From assembly GCF_006345805.1 (NCBI RefSeq), contig NC_043007.1, positions 6,758,001 through 6,822,000 of the forward strand: DNA of 64,000 nucleotides, written 5' to 3'. This stretch comes from Octopus sinensis (lineage: Eukaryota). Positions within the stretch are counted from its first letter, which is position 1. Each line of letters opens with the position of its first letter. Positions 1-13,775 of this stretch are shown piece by piece. The notes beneath the pieces were generated by a model that was not told where the DNA came from, did no database searches, and was given only the letters and a program-made list of their open reading frames with translations. The position numbers were made by a program, and so were the translations under genes.

Positions 1-19
1 ATTCGAGTCTAAAGAAAAT

Positions 20-115
20 AGTATTAGCCCAATATTCCAAGAAGTGGAATCGAGCAAAGGACCTTGAAGTTTGGAGGCGAAATGTTTAGCTATTCGACCA
101 ATTGCACTTACGATA
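20..115 (-). mobile_element. degenerate tRNA-derived SINE head
   Basis: Reverse strand reads ...GGTCCTTTGCTCGATTCCAC, a B-box-like motif; heavily decayed. Confidence 0.3.
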
Positions 116-400
116 TGTATGTGCCATCCCCTCTCATTTGCAATGCCAGGAACACATAATTTGAAACAGGTGCTCTGACTCGGTTTATAAAAATCTCAAC
201 CCCTTCTTGCAGGTAACATAATCTGTTAAATTTGTGACTGGTTCAGTAACCGGACCGCAGCCATACTGGGGCATTATCTTGAAGGGTTTAAGAAAACAAC
301 CGTAATACTTATTTTAAAACTCTTATTCTGTCAGTGTCTTTGCCGAACCGATGACTTACGATAACGTAAACCACAAACCACTAGGCACTGGGGAAGAGAA

Positions 401-600
401 ACACACACACACACCCACACACCCACACACACACACACACACATACACACACACACACATACACACACACATATACACACACACACACAAATACACACAC
501 ACACATACACACGCATACACACACATAAACACACATACACACACACACACAAATACACACACACGGAAATTCAAACACATACGCACACACCTCACGCGCG
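401..600. repeat. (CA)n-rich compound microsatellite
   Basis: Seen directly; accounts for the VCVC/HTHT ORFs at 331-743. Confidence 0.95.
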
Positions 601-1356
601 CGCACATGTATGTATATGAAGGACATCCTCACAATTTCCATTTGGAAAGGCATTGGTCCGACAGGATACAACCGAAGTCACTGATCCAAGTTGCCGTAAA
701 GTGGGATGGAAACGAAACTATGTGGTTGCAAGATGAAGTCTAAACAAAAGAGACATATGTTCGATACATTCATCTGACCAGATTAATCTATTGGTGGGTA
801 GAATTAATCTTGATTGTATGGATTCTACTATTCATGTGGGTTTAATATCTACGTAGCCAGACGGATAAATTGATAAGTCACACCGGGGAATGGAGTAGAG
901 AACGATCAGTGTAATATGTATTTTCATGTATTGATCGATTATAATAGCATATGGTAAAAGACTTATTGGTGGGGTAGAGTGAATAATTTCTTACGTTTGT
1001 TACATATATCCGTGACTTTTATTTAGAGAGCACGGATACAAACAACATGGGAAGCGAACCCATATACACACAAACACACATAGAGTAATTTCACAGACGG
1101 CCGTAACAATATTAAGAACAGGAATGAAAACATCAGCAAAAGCAGTGAAAACGGTGGCAATAACAACAACAACAATCACGATGGTAGCAGCGTGGGGGAA
1201 CACACAAACACAGAGAAATACAAGAACTGTACAAAATTTCAGATCTTAGGACAACAGCGACATTGGGGGGGGGGATGGAGCTGAGATTAAGGTCATTGAG
1301 CAACTAAGAACAATGACACAAATCGCTAATTCCACATGTAGTTACGCACACACGCA

Positions 1357-1398
1357 CATACACACACATACACTCACATATATATATATGTGTGTGTG

Positions 1399-1470
<72 letters not shown>

Positions 1471-1522
1471 CGTGTATGTGTGTGTATATATATATACATA
1501 TTTATATATGTATGTACGTATG
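1357..1522. repeat. (CA)n/(TA)n compound microsatellite; one of more than 40 such tracts in the window
   Basis: Seen directly. Similar tracts occur at about 2.3, 4.85, 5.55, 7.93, 9.05, 15.5, 23.7, 25.8, 26.3, 40.2, 40.5, 41.0, 47.6, 50.4, 51.1, 53.4, 54.2, 57.3, 58.3 and 62.1 kb. Confidence 0.95.
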
Positions 1523-2277
1523 TAGGTATATTATCGCAGAATAATAGGATGAGGGTTTCGAATATATTTTATCGGCCACAACCATTCTCGTTTTATCCAC
1601 TTCAGAAAGGTGAAACGTAACTATAAAATGCAAAACTTATTTAACGAATGCCAGAAAAATTAAACGCAAAGATAATCTCACAAGAATTCGAACGCATGAA
1701 TATTCTTAGTTCTATATATTGAACAAACTTCATCCACCATTTTCTTTGCAATACTCTTATGGAAACGTTTCATTTTAGCATCCTTACAAGTGCAATAATA
1801 TCTGCGCAAGATATAGATTCTTAAATTTAGATGTCCCCAGCTGAAAGGTTAACTCAAAGCACATTCATTATTTATCGTTAGTACGTGCTATTTTCCATTG
1901 AATTGTTTCTCTCCAACAACAATGTAACGTAAATATGTTCCCGTTCCTATGAAAGGTAAGACGTTTACATTTACATAGAAAATTTCCTCGTTGCTAAATA
2001 GGTAAATGTAAAAGAAAATGAATGTATTTTCTGACTATATCTGTTAAACACTGAAATCCCACAGGATATAACGCTGACATTTCAAGTGATTTACTGCGCC
2101 ATTGCTATTTGTTTGTCTCATTGTTCGAATATATAAGCATCGTATATTTTCGTTTATCTAATCACCGATGCTAAAATAACCATTATATATGCTGACCAAT
2201 GCATACTAAGAAAGACAAGTAACCTTAGAAATAGAAACAAATAGAATTAATGTTCCACTGTTTCTGACAAATTGCAA

Positions 2278-2320
<43 letters not shown>

Positions 2321-2325
2321 TATAT

Positions 2326-2367
<42 letters not shown>

Positions 2368-3609
2368 TATATTATATATGTACATACATATAATATACCC
2401 GTCTTCGCTTCGCTTCGATGTAAACAGACACTTCGGTGCTTTCAGGAAATAACTGTGCTTTCAGAAATAAGTAGCTGTGTCTGCGCCATGTGATGTATTC
2501 TTTCTTTCTTAATCGGTAACACACTCTGTCGCGTAAACAAAGTGATGTGGATTCGTGTCCCAAGCGTACGAGAAATCCTGCTTTTTTTCTTAATTGCCCC
2601 AATATTAGACTATTTTCTTTAGTCACTACGCAGTGATCGCTATAAGCTTTAAGCTTATAAAAATACTATTATTATTATTTACAGAATTGTATAACTCGAA
2701 ACTGCTTAAGAAACACACACACACACACACATATAGATATGTATGTGTCCAATATAAACATGGTTTGTGTCACAATGTCTCACGTAGCCAAAGGAAAATA
2801 TGTATCACTAAATTAATATGTGGAAACTATGAAAATAGGTACCCGGGGCAATATGTTTCACTAAATATTTGGACAGCAGATGTAAATGATGTGGGTGAAA
2901 ATATTCGGTGGTGGCGACGTTTTGAATGTTTGGAAAGTAAGATTTTAGAAATAAGACAAAAAGCAACGAGTTCCATATTACTTCATATATAAAACACGAT
3001 AGCAATTTCACTCTTTCCGCAAAGCGGGTATTCTCTTTCATTTACGTTGGTTTTCTTACAGAGAACGATTCTTTTTCCAAGGTAGTTCTATGGTTTCTTT
3101 AACATTTTCATTGTGATAACATCTTTTCGTGAGGATTTATCTTTCTTCACCAGATTCAAAATATATAATATTTCTCTGGCAAAAATGAGTGGTACTTTTT
3201 AAAACCCTTTTGATCGAGCAATACTGGAAGTTAAAAAATATTTGTGTTAAGCGTTTGACAGATTTCTTCTCCCAACTTTGTGCCCGTCAGCTTGAGTTTT
3301 CTCACCTCCGACTTATATAGCGCAGTTCTTCTCATGGATCCCCAAAGGAATGTTTATCGAATCTGCAGCGCACCAATTTCGCAAGTTAAAGTGATCAACC
3401 TTAATTCAGCCTTCCAGCTTCTAGCCAAGTGAAGTACAATCTGCGTTGATATCTTCAAGCTAATTCTGTGTTTCTTTCTTGATGGCATCCTAGAGCAGTG
3501 TCATATTGAAAATATTAATGCGTTGCTTCTCCATCGAGAAGTGCCTCTCAAAGAGTTACTCTCATATAAAACCTAATACAAAGCAAAAGGAAAGACTCCA
3601 TACACTTAC

Positions 3610-3692
3610 AAGTCAGCTGGACAATTCTAGATCATCGGAACAAAATACAAGCGACCAGAGTTTGTTAAGAATCTCAGGTACGCGTACGTTGC
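3610..3692 (-). other. candidate spliced exon (83 nt)
   Basis: Minus strand: long pyrimidine tract ctgtttttctacatttctag|GCAACG...CTGACTT|GTAAGT, i.e. a strong acceptor and a consensus donor. The phase-1 frame reads (G)NVRVPEILNKLWSLVFCSDDLELSS*. No homology recognised. Confidence 0.3.
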
Positions 3693-4852
3693 CTAGAAAT
3701 GTAGAAAAACAGTTATGACCAAACGAAAGAATGGAGGATATTATGATCAAATATTCCGCGAAACACAGCGTAGGAAAGACGTTCGTGTGCAGTTGATGGA
3801 CGAAGGTCTTGCGAGACTAGGAAAGTCAGGAGAGGAAAGAGCAAGAGATGATTTATATTTCATCGTAAATAAAGAAGTGAGGAAGGAAAATCCTGTGCTG
3901 CAATCTTGGGTGCTAAGCACAGCTATTTCAGGAAATTCCACGCTGATATAATTCTGGTTTATGTTGCCACATGTGATAAAGAGGGAGGGAGTAAGTGAAG
4001 AAATACTATCAGGACCTACAGAACTTACTAGCTAAAACTCCACTATTCCCACTCATATAAATTTCCACCCTTCCACAAAGGTGTGTGGAAAATGTCTTCG
4101 AAAGTAAAAAATAAAAGAAGTATTTCGCTGAACATATTGTTTCCTACAAAATATATTAAGATGTAACGTTAGTACTTAGAATTTGTTTCCGCAACTTACT
4201 TGAGTCTTACTTAATCTCCTATGAACATGTGACCGCAGCAGTAAACACACACACATGCATATATAATGTGCAATGTGTGTGTGCATCCATACAAATGTAT
4301 CAAACACACATATGTGCAATGTGCCGTATACAATTTCGTATCTCTCTCATTGTGTGTGCGTGTCTCTCTCTCTCTGTCTCTCGATATATATATAAATACA
4401 TACACACACACATTTATACACACACACACGTATCCATTCACAGATTTACATACACACAAAAGTTTCATAATAGTACTTGAGCAGAAATTGAAAATATCGA
4501 ATAATTCTTCGGTTGCGTAGAAACGCGATAAACTCTTTTTTGCGTCAAAATATTTTGTCAATGTTTGGTAATTTCGTTCCTTCTTCTCATCTAAATTCTT
4601 CTTAAATTCTTTTTTACTATTTTATCTTTATTCTTCCAGTGCCTTTATTTCCTTGAACATTATCGTATTTACCAGTTGAACTCCGTTTGCTAATGTGGGA
4701 TCATAGCTACAATTTTATATATTTACACTTATCTTTACAGGCACTCTTTCTTTAATCAGTTTTTTAAGGAAAATTGCTGGATAAAGTCATAGGATTTCTC
4801 TCACTCTCTTTTCTCTCTCTCTCTCAATACATATATACATACATACATACAT

Positions 4853-4913
<61 letters not shown>

Positions 4914-5515
4914 AATGCATACAACTTACAAACATATACCCATGCGCATATATAAAGAGATAGATAAATGAATATATAAATATAGATGCATCCAGAAATA
5001 AATAGACAGCTACATAGATAGATAATTGAACATACAAAAGCACATACATCTCTATATAAACTTTTCCTGCTTTATATAGCATTTCATATACACACTTTTC
5101 TGTACATTTCCCAGTTCATCGTATGCATGTGATCACATATATATACATATATATATGTCAAGAATAAGAAACAAGTATATCGGAGGTAATGTAGTACAAT
5201 CGTTTCATGCTACTTCATTGTAGCACATTACCTCGGATATACTTGTCGCTTATTCTTGATTATAATCACCCCATGGATTTATATGGATAACACCATACAA
5301 AATTCTGGTGCCTTTGACTTAAGCACTATATTCATCTGAATCTAAATTTTGCTGAACCTATATATACATGATTAAGTCTTTCCTTGTTTGTTTTGCAAAA
5401 TAGTGGTTTTGTCTCTAATAATATTTTATAATATTTTACTATAAAATTGGATTTAATCCTAAATCTGATTTTTTTTCCCTGTAAATTTGGATTTATTCCC
5501 TAATATTTATTATTT

Positions 5516-5571
<56 letters not shown>

Positions 5572-5653
5572 AATAATATATATATGTATGTATATATGTC
5601 TTTATATGTATGTGTATATATATGTATGACTATGTATATATATATATACACAT

Positions 5654-5706
<53 letters not shown>

Positions 5707-7914
5707 AGCACACACACATGCATAGATATACCTATATATATTCTCGACCGTGTAAAATGTCAAACACGAAATACCAGGTAAATGTGTGCGCTGATAAAAC
5801 TGACGAGAGGAAAGAGAACGAAAATGTCTTTGAAGATAAACTTTAGTGTATCAAGGGAATTGTTGTATTGGAAATTTTGAAATAACCAAATAAGAAATCC
5901 CCGAAAAAAAAACATATCGCTTCCAGTTCCTGGTGGTTTATCAGCAAGATCTTTTGCAAAACTGACTCAAGTTACTCTAAGAATAGGACACGTTTCACTA
6001 TAATACACTTATGTTTTGTGTATTGTAGGAAATTTTATTTGGAGCATATCAAAATATCAGAATTCAGGTATGTCAGTAGAAATGGAACATTATTTTAAAA
6101 ACTTTTCTAGTTTTTGTGGCAATAATTGTCTTTTTGGTTTAGTTTTAGATAAGACATACGTCTCGGAAGTTTGTGTTTTTTTTTCTTTTATGTAGCGCAT
6201 TGTTCCTGTTTCACTCAAAGTAAATAATTGTATATAGGAAGATAAAATGTTTAGCGACGCTTTGTCGTTAACTAATAAAGGAATAACCGTTAATTTACAA
6301 CAAAAGCATAATACCTCGTATTTATGGAATTGATTATCTGAAACAAAATGTCATCGTATTGGCTTTACACGAAGGTTTTTCAGTTTGAAATCAATCTACT
6401 TAAATAATGGATGAAGTAGATTTCTTTTGTTTTACATAAAAAGAAATAAATATCCAGCTGTGAATCGTATCCGCATGGCCTAAGGACAATAGAATGATAG
6501 GTTTAAAATGATCCTAGTTGGCAGTATATGTCGTTTAGTATGCTGCATTATATCCTAATAAATATTGGTACTGCTGTCAAAATTGAAAAATCTATTGCAG
6601 AAGAATATACTACCATCACTCAAATTTACGCTGGAATCATTTCATTTCAAGATTTGCTAATGTGTAGAGGTCTATTAAAATACGTATATTGTGAAGATCT
6701 TAGGCATTTGCTTTAACCTCTAGATTCAAACAGATTATCTTCATCCGAACTGTTTAACCTCAACGCGTGGACGTGACAAAGCAATTTTGCTTCCAGTAAA
6801 TGCAAATCTGTGTTTTATATGCATGTTTTCTGACAGCAAAACTATGGATGATACAAATTAGAAGAATTGCTATCGCCAAATGAAAAACGGGCAGAATTAA
6901 AACAGGTATTACGAAGGTGAGGCTTGAATTGACATTGAAAACGACTTCTGAGAATCATAGAAAAATGAAAAGGCGAGAGAATCGAGTAGAATATATGAGC
7001 ATAAAAGTACGGATTACGGCGAAACACGACCAAAGCAGTTTTAACATAAACTATATTCATGCAACATGACCCCCACAATAATTTGTCCCAGCAACTGCCA
7101 ATCCGAATATTAGACACGCAAATTCATTTTTAAGGAGTATCTCATAAAGTCAAGCTTGATATAAACAGAACTCAAGCATGACTAAAATCAAGGAAATATA
7201 TAAAAAGGAAATTGGAAAGAAAGCAATGAAACTGACATCGTTACATAACAAATAGAAAATTCAAAAAACAACCATGAAAATACGACAGAACCTAACGTGC
7301 ACACACGTATACGACAGATCAAAACCGATACGAAGGACAGATGATGAAAAACTGAGAATCTGAAAAGAGCATAGGGATTATGATAGAAAAAGATAGAATT
7401 TCACAGCTATAAAAACAGTGTACTCAGGACACCATGTCTAACATGAAGTAGAATAGAAACGCAAATTCCAAAAGAACATCATTCGCTGTCGTTGAAGAGT
7501 AACAGAAACAATGATAGATTCAGAAGAGTTCCTGAAATGAAAAAGAAAATAGAAGAATATTATCTTGTTTGAGAAATAGGTCTCAAGCCGCGAGTTCAAG
7601 AGCGTGAATCGATATTCGTAACTATTTTCGAATGCGTGCAAAATGCCCGATTTTATTTCTTATAACAGATATGAAGGCTATAATATTCCTGTCTAGTTTC
7701 ACAACTAATAGATCGACAACCACATTATTTAATGTGACTCTTTTGCGAAGTGATTTCAGGGTTATCTCGAACGTAATGAGAATAGCATTTGTCGATTAGT
7801 ATTGGCATATCCGAAGAATTCGAACATGGATCTGAAAACGATTTCCACCGATTCCAATTGTTCTTCCTAATTTCTATTCAGATTCTGCCAGAGCACCTTC
7901 ATAAATGATAATAG

Positions 7915-7977
<63 letters not shown>

Positions 7978-8084
7978 AATAAGCAACAAGGATATCCAGA
8001 GGTAATGCAGTACGATCGTTTCATGCAACTCCATTTAATTGAACAATGTAATCATTTAATTACATCAATTTAAAATGTAGAGAT

Positions 8085-8745
8085 TTCTAAAGTTTAGTTC
8101 AGGACAGTCTTTTTTGCTGGTGGCATTGTAAATTTTCTTAGCGACAACTTCGTGCTGCATAGGGAGGTAATACCGCGACGACATTTTAGGACAGCTGCTA
8201 AATGTCTTCCACAGAAACATGACATAGGCTACACGTGCAGTTGCACCTTGTGATTACAAGAGCGTCAATGTCTCTCTTGTTCACCAGCTACTTTGTGGTA
8301 ATCTGCTGTTCCTGGATTGCAAACGCATAGCCTTCAAAGAGTGGTGTGATGTAGAGGATTTGTGACCAAGAGAGCTGCGCCTCGTGTCAGTTCTATTGTC
8401 TTCTTCTAGCTTCCGAGCAACATACCCATGCATAGTGCTTTTCCTTGTTGTGTATGCTGAGTGCTTTTCATCCAGGTCTTCTCTGAGATACGAGAGCCCA
8501 GCTGTTTTGGGGTTGTATAAGAGTTCATCAGGAAGTCAGTGCGTCTTGAAGAATTCACGACCAACTCGTACAATGTTGCTGAATTCACTTTTCAGTACTG
8601 CATTTGTATATTTATTTTTGCTGCTGTTGATTAGCAGGTGCTGCCTGAGTGATACCATACGACATTCGAAGGCTGTGTGCCCTGATCTCAGGCCTCTACC
8701 ACTTCCATTTCCTCTAAGGAAGAGCCTGTCAACATCACTGTTGTA
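8085..8745 (-). mobile_element. R4/Dong-type non-LTR retrotransposon fragment (thumb to zinc-knuckle region), decayed
   Basis: Minus-strand translation gives SDVDRLFLRGNGSGRGL (cf. DVDRLYLPRxxGGRGL), MHGYVARKLEED, an AFAIQEQQI-like segment and a degenerate Cys/His knuckle followed by QHEVVAKKIY; contains frameshifts and stops. Confidence 0.8.
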
Positions 8746-8771
8746 TGTATGCACGTATGTATGTATGTATG

Positions 8772-8802
<31 letters not shown>

Positions 8803-9029
8803 GTATATGTGTCTTCGGAATTCAAATGTAAAATACAGGAGATAATATTAATGGTGAAATATCACTGAATGTTTTTTTTCTTTCTATCTACGTTCTGTAT
8901 GCATAAATTACGAATGTATGTATGTGTATATGCATATATATACAGCGTCTACGTATCTATATGTGTGCGCGCGCGTACGTATATCTATTCATTCACACGC
9001 ATTCACACACAGACATATATATATAACTT

Positions 9030-9086
<57 letters not shown>

Positions 9087-10420
9087 ATGGTGATATCTGT
9101 ATTTCATAGCAATGAATGAGATATACGCAGAGGTTGTCAACGTGCGTTATCTTTATCATTTCGGTGTTGTTGTTTTCTTTTTCTCTCTTTTAATAACCTG
9201 CATATATCACAATCCTCATATGTTGGATCTCGAATAAAACGAGATTTCTTCGTGACACAGATAATTTAATTGCTTATAATTTATTGATTGTATGAGGAAA
9301 GGAGGAATAGTCAGAGAGGAAGAAGCGACAATGTCGCAAAACCGAAAAGAAAAAAAACGGTAACCACAAATATCTCTGAATCCCATGTTGATGTTAATGG
9401 TGAGGTGCTTCAAGAGAATTTTCTGTTTTATATTCCTAAATTCCGATAGCATTACATAGGCAAAACGCTGAGCGATTCGCAGCGTATGCTCTGTGCGCAA
9501 GATCCTCCGTATTTAATTGCTATTTAGGGAAAGTGATATCAGCTCGGACAGTGTTTAATTTAATTTCATTGTTTCAAAGTTAGGGGAGAGAAAACAACAA
9601 CAAAAACGTTAATGTAACTAAATATTCACATTTCTAAATGATAAAGCATTTCACCAGGAATATTGATTCGCTTTAAAACAATATAGTCTCTCCTTTTGTT
9701 ATCTTTCTCAATACATCCAGGCAAAACTGATCAATAATCAATAATGCCTATTTCCATGCCAGATTAGAGATAATGGTAATGAGTCGCCCGCACATGTCAT
9801 AGTATCATACGAGCACAGTGGAAACCTTACCGTATGGTGTGTATCGAGGACAAATCAACCTGAAAGGTTTCAATAGTAGCTAACTAATACACGTGATCTG
9901 ATTTCGAATTGGCACTGCAGTCTCATTAAGAAAGCTGAGACAATTCAAACGCCTATTGTCCGTATTGTGCCGTGTCTTTCGCAAACATTTAATAGCGAAA
10001 TACACAACCGCCTAGTTCAGAGGATAGGAGCAGTACCGTGTTCGATTCATTCTTGGAATGCACCTAAGAAAACTTATATTTTCCCATATATGGCATTTTC
10101 GTCTATAAATTTGTTGAAAGAAGAACGAGAGTGTGGAACACGTTATGACCGAAAGGCTCGTCTCTGAGTAGTATACACCTGGAGAATGAACAAGAACAGC
10201 TGGGAGAGGGTACCTGATTTAATGGCAAGGGTGGCTGAAGTTTTATGAGATGTGACGATCAGTCGACGAAAGTCTCCATTTTGAATTTTTTTCTTTGTTT
10301 TAAGTTTTAAGAATTTGCATTTGTTATTTTTCTTGTTTTGCACGTTTTATATAAACTTTCGCAGTACTGTCATGTATTGGTTCACCGTTTTGTCAACGTA
10401 TAATGGTTTACAAGGTAAAC

Positions 10421-10905
10421 ATTATTATTATTGTTGTTGTTGTTGTTGTTTCAAATACGCGCAGCAGATGAGACTGTCGTAAAAGAAAAATTCCCAACAT
10501 TGGGCTACAACAAGTAACCTGAGATGCGAAGAATCCTCCTAATTATTGTAGCTGTCCCTAATAATACTAATTCCTGGAGCTGTACTAAACTGGGCTTATG
10601 CCTTGTTCGTCCATGCATCAGTTCAAATGTTTAGGTATAGTCCCCAATGCACCTATAATTGCTGGTATTCATTTTACCTGCACTTGCTAGGACCTGCTAC
10701 TTTGCTATTTTCCTATACTTCTCATAATGATTTTTCATCAATCGGGACTATAAAGTCAATTATCTGGCTCTTTCTATTCTCTTTATTTACTACTACTAAA
10801 TCAGGCAGTCTACCATCAATTATTCTGTCAGCCTGAATGTTTAAGACCCACGACATCTTATATCTCTTACTTTCTAGTACTTTCTTCGCTTCATGTATAG
10901 TCAAA
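10421..10905 (-). mobile_element. R4/Dong-type retrotransposon 3' end (restriction-like endonuclease, 3' UTR and (CAA)n(TAA)n tail)
   Basis: ORF 10722-10904 reads KKVLESKRYKMSWVLNIQADRIIDGRLPDLVVVNKENRKSQIIDFIVP, the PD-(D/E) RLE motif. Further on, LLGTATIIRRIL matches the C-terminal LLGTARILRKVL motif. Confidence 0.85.
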
Positions 10906-10906
10906 T

Positions 10907-11343
10907 CCTAGTTTTCTGCATAATCTCCTTTACGAAGAAAGGCTGAGGACGCTCGACCTTTGTTCTCTTGAAAAACGCCGCCGCCGTGGTGATCTCATTC
11001 TCGCCCACAACATCATAAGCGGGAAGTGTAACCTCTCGAAAGAGCTGTTCTTCACTCCTGCTCCGGAGCGTCGGCTGCGGGGTCATTCCGAAAAGCTCTA
11101 CCTGCGAAGATTTCATCTCAATCGAAGGAGAGGAGCTTTCTCCGTCCGGGTTGCGGATCCGTGGAACAAGCTGCCAGACGAGATGGTGAAGATGCCGACG
11201 ACCGCTTTGTTCAAAACCTCCCTGGACCTCAAGTGGCCTGAACTCTTTACATGAACACCACCCTGTACTTAACTCCATGTCCCCCTACATGGCCTTGCTA
11301 TTTGCTTTTGAGCCAAGTTAACTAACTAACTAACTAACTAACT
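10907..11343 (+). mobile_element. CR1-type LINE, 5'-truncated, open C-terminal ORF2 frame, (TAAC)n tail
   Basis: Uninterrupted frame 10922-11254: NLLYEERLRTLDLCSLEKRRRRGDLILAHNII...RGHSEKLY...FSVRVADPWNKLPDEMV...FKTSLD. Short 3' UTR, then TAAC repeats at 11318-11343. Confidence 0.9.
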
Positions 11344-11498
11344 CTCCCCGGGTCATGATGTCGTCTTTTCATCTATTCTTTCTGTACCAGCATACTACTA
11401 TGGAATGTTGCAACTTTAAATTATGCGGTAGGATTACATGCATTTTGTGTAACAATCCCTTCTTCATGCTATTAAATAAAAAAAACAGTAACTTTCAC

Positions 11499-11551
11499 CG
11501 CTGAAGACCGCATCGAACTTGGAAACATAGATCGTTGCACGCACTTCGTAA
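11499..11551 (-). other. candidate spliced exon (53 nt)
   Basis: ttttattgaactttcgtag|TTACGAAG...TTCAGCG|GTGAAA. All three frames are open, and the segment is CpG-rich within AT-rich surroundings. The donor is only moderate. Confidence 0.25.
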
Positions 11552-12554
11552 CTACGAAAGTTCAATAAAATGAATTTCCCGGTAAAGTTTAACGTCAGTT
11601 CAGTCAGTAAATTATCAACTTTGTTTAAAATAAAATTACTATTTCCTTTCACAAAACATCATTTTCTTTCTATTTATGAATATCACGACATTAAAATCAT
11701 TCTCCATAAAACAATAACAAAATATAAAATAAACGCTTTCAATGAAAGGCTAACAACGAAAATATAAAGACTGCACACCTTTCACATTCCTGCTTCACAC
11801 ATTTTAATATTTTAAAAGAACACCCACATCTGCTCAACGCTTAAAGTGGTATGCTTTATTTTCTATTAATTTCCTCTATCTTAGAACTGAATGTATTGTA
11901 AAATATAAAACTCCATTATTGGTACACATTAATAACTGAACTATTATTGTGAATTAAATTTTCAGCTTTTTTATTGGAGACATTAATATTTTCCTTTTTA
12001 TATCTGAAATTGTCTGGCACGTTCCATAGTCGTTTATAAAATAGTATCCGTTTATAAATGTGTATCGATTTGTTTTCTATTGGTATCTTTTTCAAACTAG
12101 CTGTAGTTGTCGACTTAATAGCAGAATTACTGGCAAGGAAATGCAATAATAATTTATTAGTGAAAATATAGAATTTTCAAAGAAAATGACAATAACATTC
12201 AAATAAGAGAGTAAACATTTGCATGTATTCGAAATCGAAGTAAACTGATCAAATATTACTGAAATGTTATTGGCATTACTTGTACAATTAAATGTAAAAT
12301 AATATTTGAAAAATAAGTTAATAATTTCATAACGATAAATACCGTGCAAGTTGGGTTAATGTAGAAAGTTTAGCCCATCTTATTTATTACCTGTAGGGTT
12401 AAATAAGGTTTACATCCATAATTACAATTTCTCTCATCACAATAACGTACTTTTGTAAGGGAGCGATATAATCACTAGTTAACCGCACTCATTATTCTTC
12501 TAACCCCAAAGTCATATAAGGGCTAAAGTAGACTATGACGGTCAGCTGTTCTTA

Positions 12555-13775
12555 GGCTGACCATGACACTCTCATCGAATATGACCAAATGAGGTTTATT
12601 TTTTAATATAACTTCCATCTGGGGTCACACACTTCTTCCATCGATGCTGTTGGAGAAGAAGCTTTCATCCTGCTGGTGGAAAACATCAACAGCAGCAGAT
12701 ATGACGTTGCCATCAGTGCGATACAGCTTTCCAGTCAAGTGTCTTTCTTTTTTTATCTTGGGGAACAGAAGATAGTCAGGTGAACAGGAATGGGGATCAA
12801 CTAGTTAAAAGCCACAGGTATGCACAGCAGCAATCGAAACCAAGGACGTGTGTGACAGAGCATTGCCCTGACGAAACAAGACCCCTTCCGTCAGCTTTTC
12901 TAGGTGTTTGGTTTTGATGCCATTTCATAACTGCCTCGGGATTTGGAATAGTGCACTCCATTAATGAGGTGACCATTTTGAAGGTAAACAATGCTTTTGC
13001 ATCCCCGATGCAATTAGGCAATTATCTTCCCTGCCGATGAAATGACCTTGACCTTCTTTGTAGCAGCTGAAGAGGTGGATTCACTGCATGGATACCCTCT
13101 TTGTCTCTGACTTAATGCGATGAAGCCAACAAACATCCCGACTTAGCAAACGTTCAAGAAAACCAACAGGGTCCGCCTCAAACAGTGTTAGATTCTGCCG
13201 TGATGTTATCAGTCTGGCGTGCTTTTGATCAGGTGTCAAAAGAGGTGGCGCAGAAGCCTTCGTCATGCTAAGTTCATCGTGAAGAATATTCTCAACTCTC
13301 TCTCTCTTTCTCAAGAGATATGTTAATAGCATTGGCTATTTGATTTATAGTCAATCAACAGTCATCCATTACCATGTGGTGAACACGGTCAGCGTTTTCT
13401 TCGGTGACGGCAGTTGTAGAAGTCCAGAAATTGGGTTATATGTAAGATTCTCTATTTTCCCCCTAAATTCAGCTCCCCATCTTTGCACTGTTGATAAAGC
13501 TTGAGTGTCCATCTCCAAATGTAGCAAGTATGTCTTTGGGGGCTGTGCCGTTTTCTGCAGATCCTTGATAACACTTCGATGCCAAGTTTTGTTCCATTTT
13601 GAAGTGGGGTTGCTTTTACTTACTTTTGAAGTATTCTTTGAACAGGCAGATGTCATTTTCCCTGGAACAAAATAATGCGGTTATTTCTAAAAAAAAAGTT
13701 GAAACTAATGAATGCAAGATTTCACAGTTCTAGTATCATTCGGTCATAGTCAGCCGATGAACTTTTCAACTCACC
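12555..13775 (-). mobile_element. mariner (Tc1/mariner) DNA transposon, near full length, inactivated
   Basis: Transposase remnants LSTVQRWGAEFRG, HDELSMTKASAPPLLTPDQK, CWLHRIKSETK (WxHHFxPETK) and SPDYLLFP. Inverted GGCTGACCATGAC (12555-12567) and GTCATAGTCAGCC (13743-13755). Confidence 0.9.

Noticed and set aside
1000-1203. Hydrophobic ORF resembling a transmembrane or signal peptide
   Set aside because: Driven by (GTT)n/(GT)n low-complexity sequence; no convincing splice sites.
5799-5832. CTGACGA...GAAA..GTC hammerhead-like string
   Set aside because: Stems II and III cannot pair.
6838-6921. Frame QNYG*YKLEELLSPNEKRAELKQVLRR* with an in-frame UGA after an acceptor-like site (selenoprotein idea)
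   Set aside because: No recognisable selenoprotein motif or SECIS element; a short frame like this is expected by chance.
11497-11540. CTGAAGA...GAAAC...GTT hammerhead-like string
   Set aside because: Stem I and stem II do not pair.
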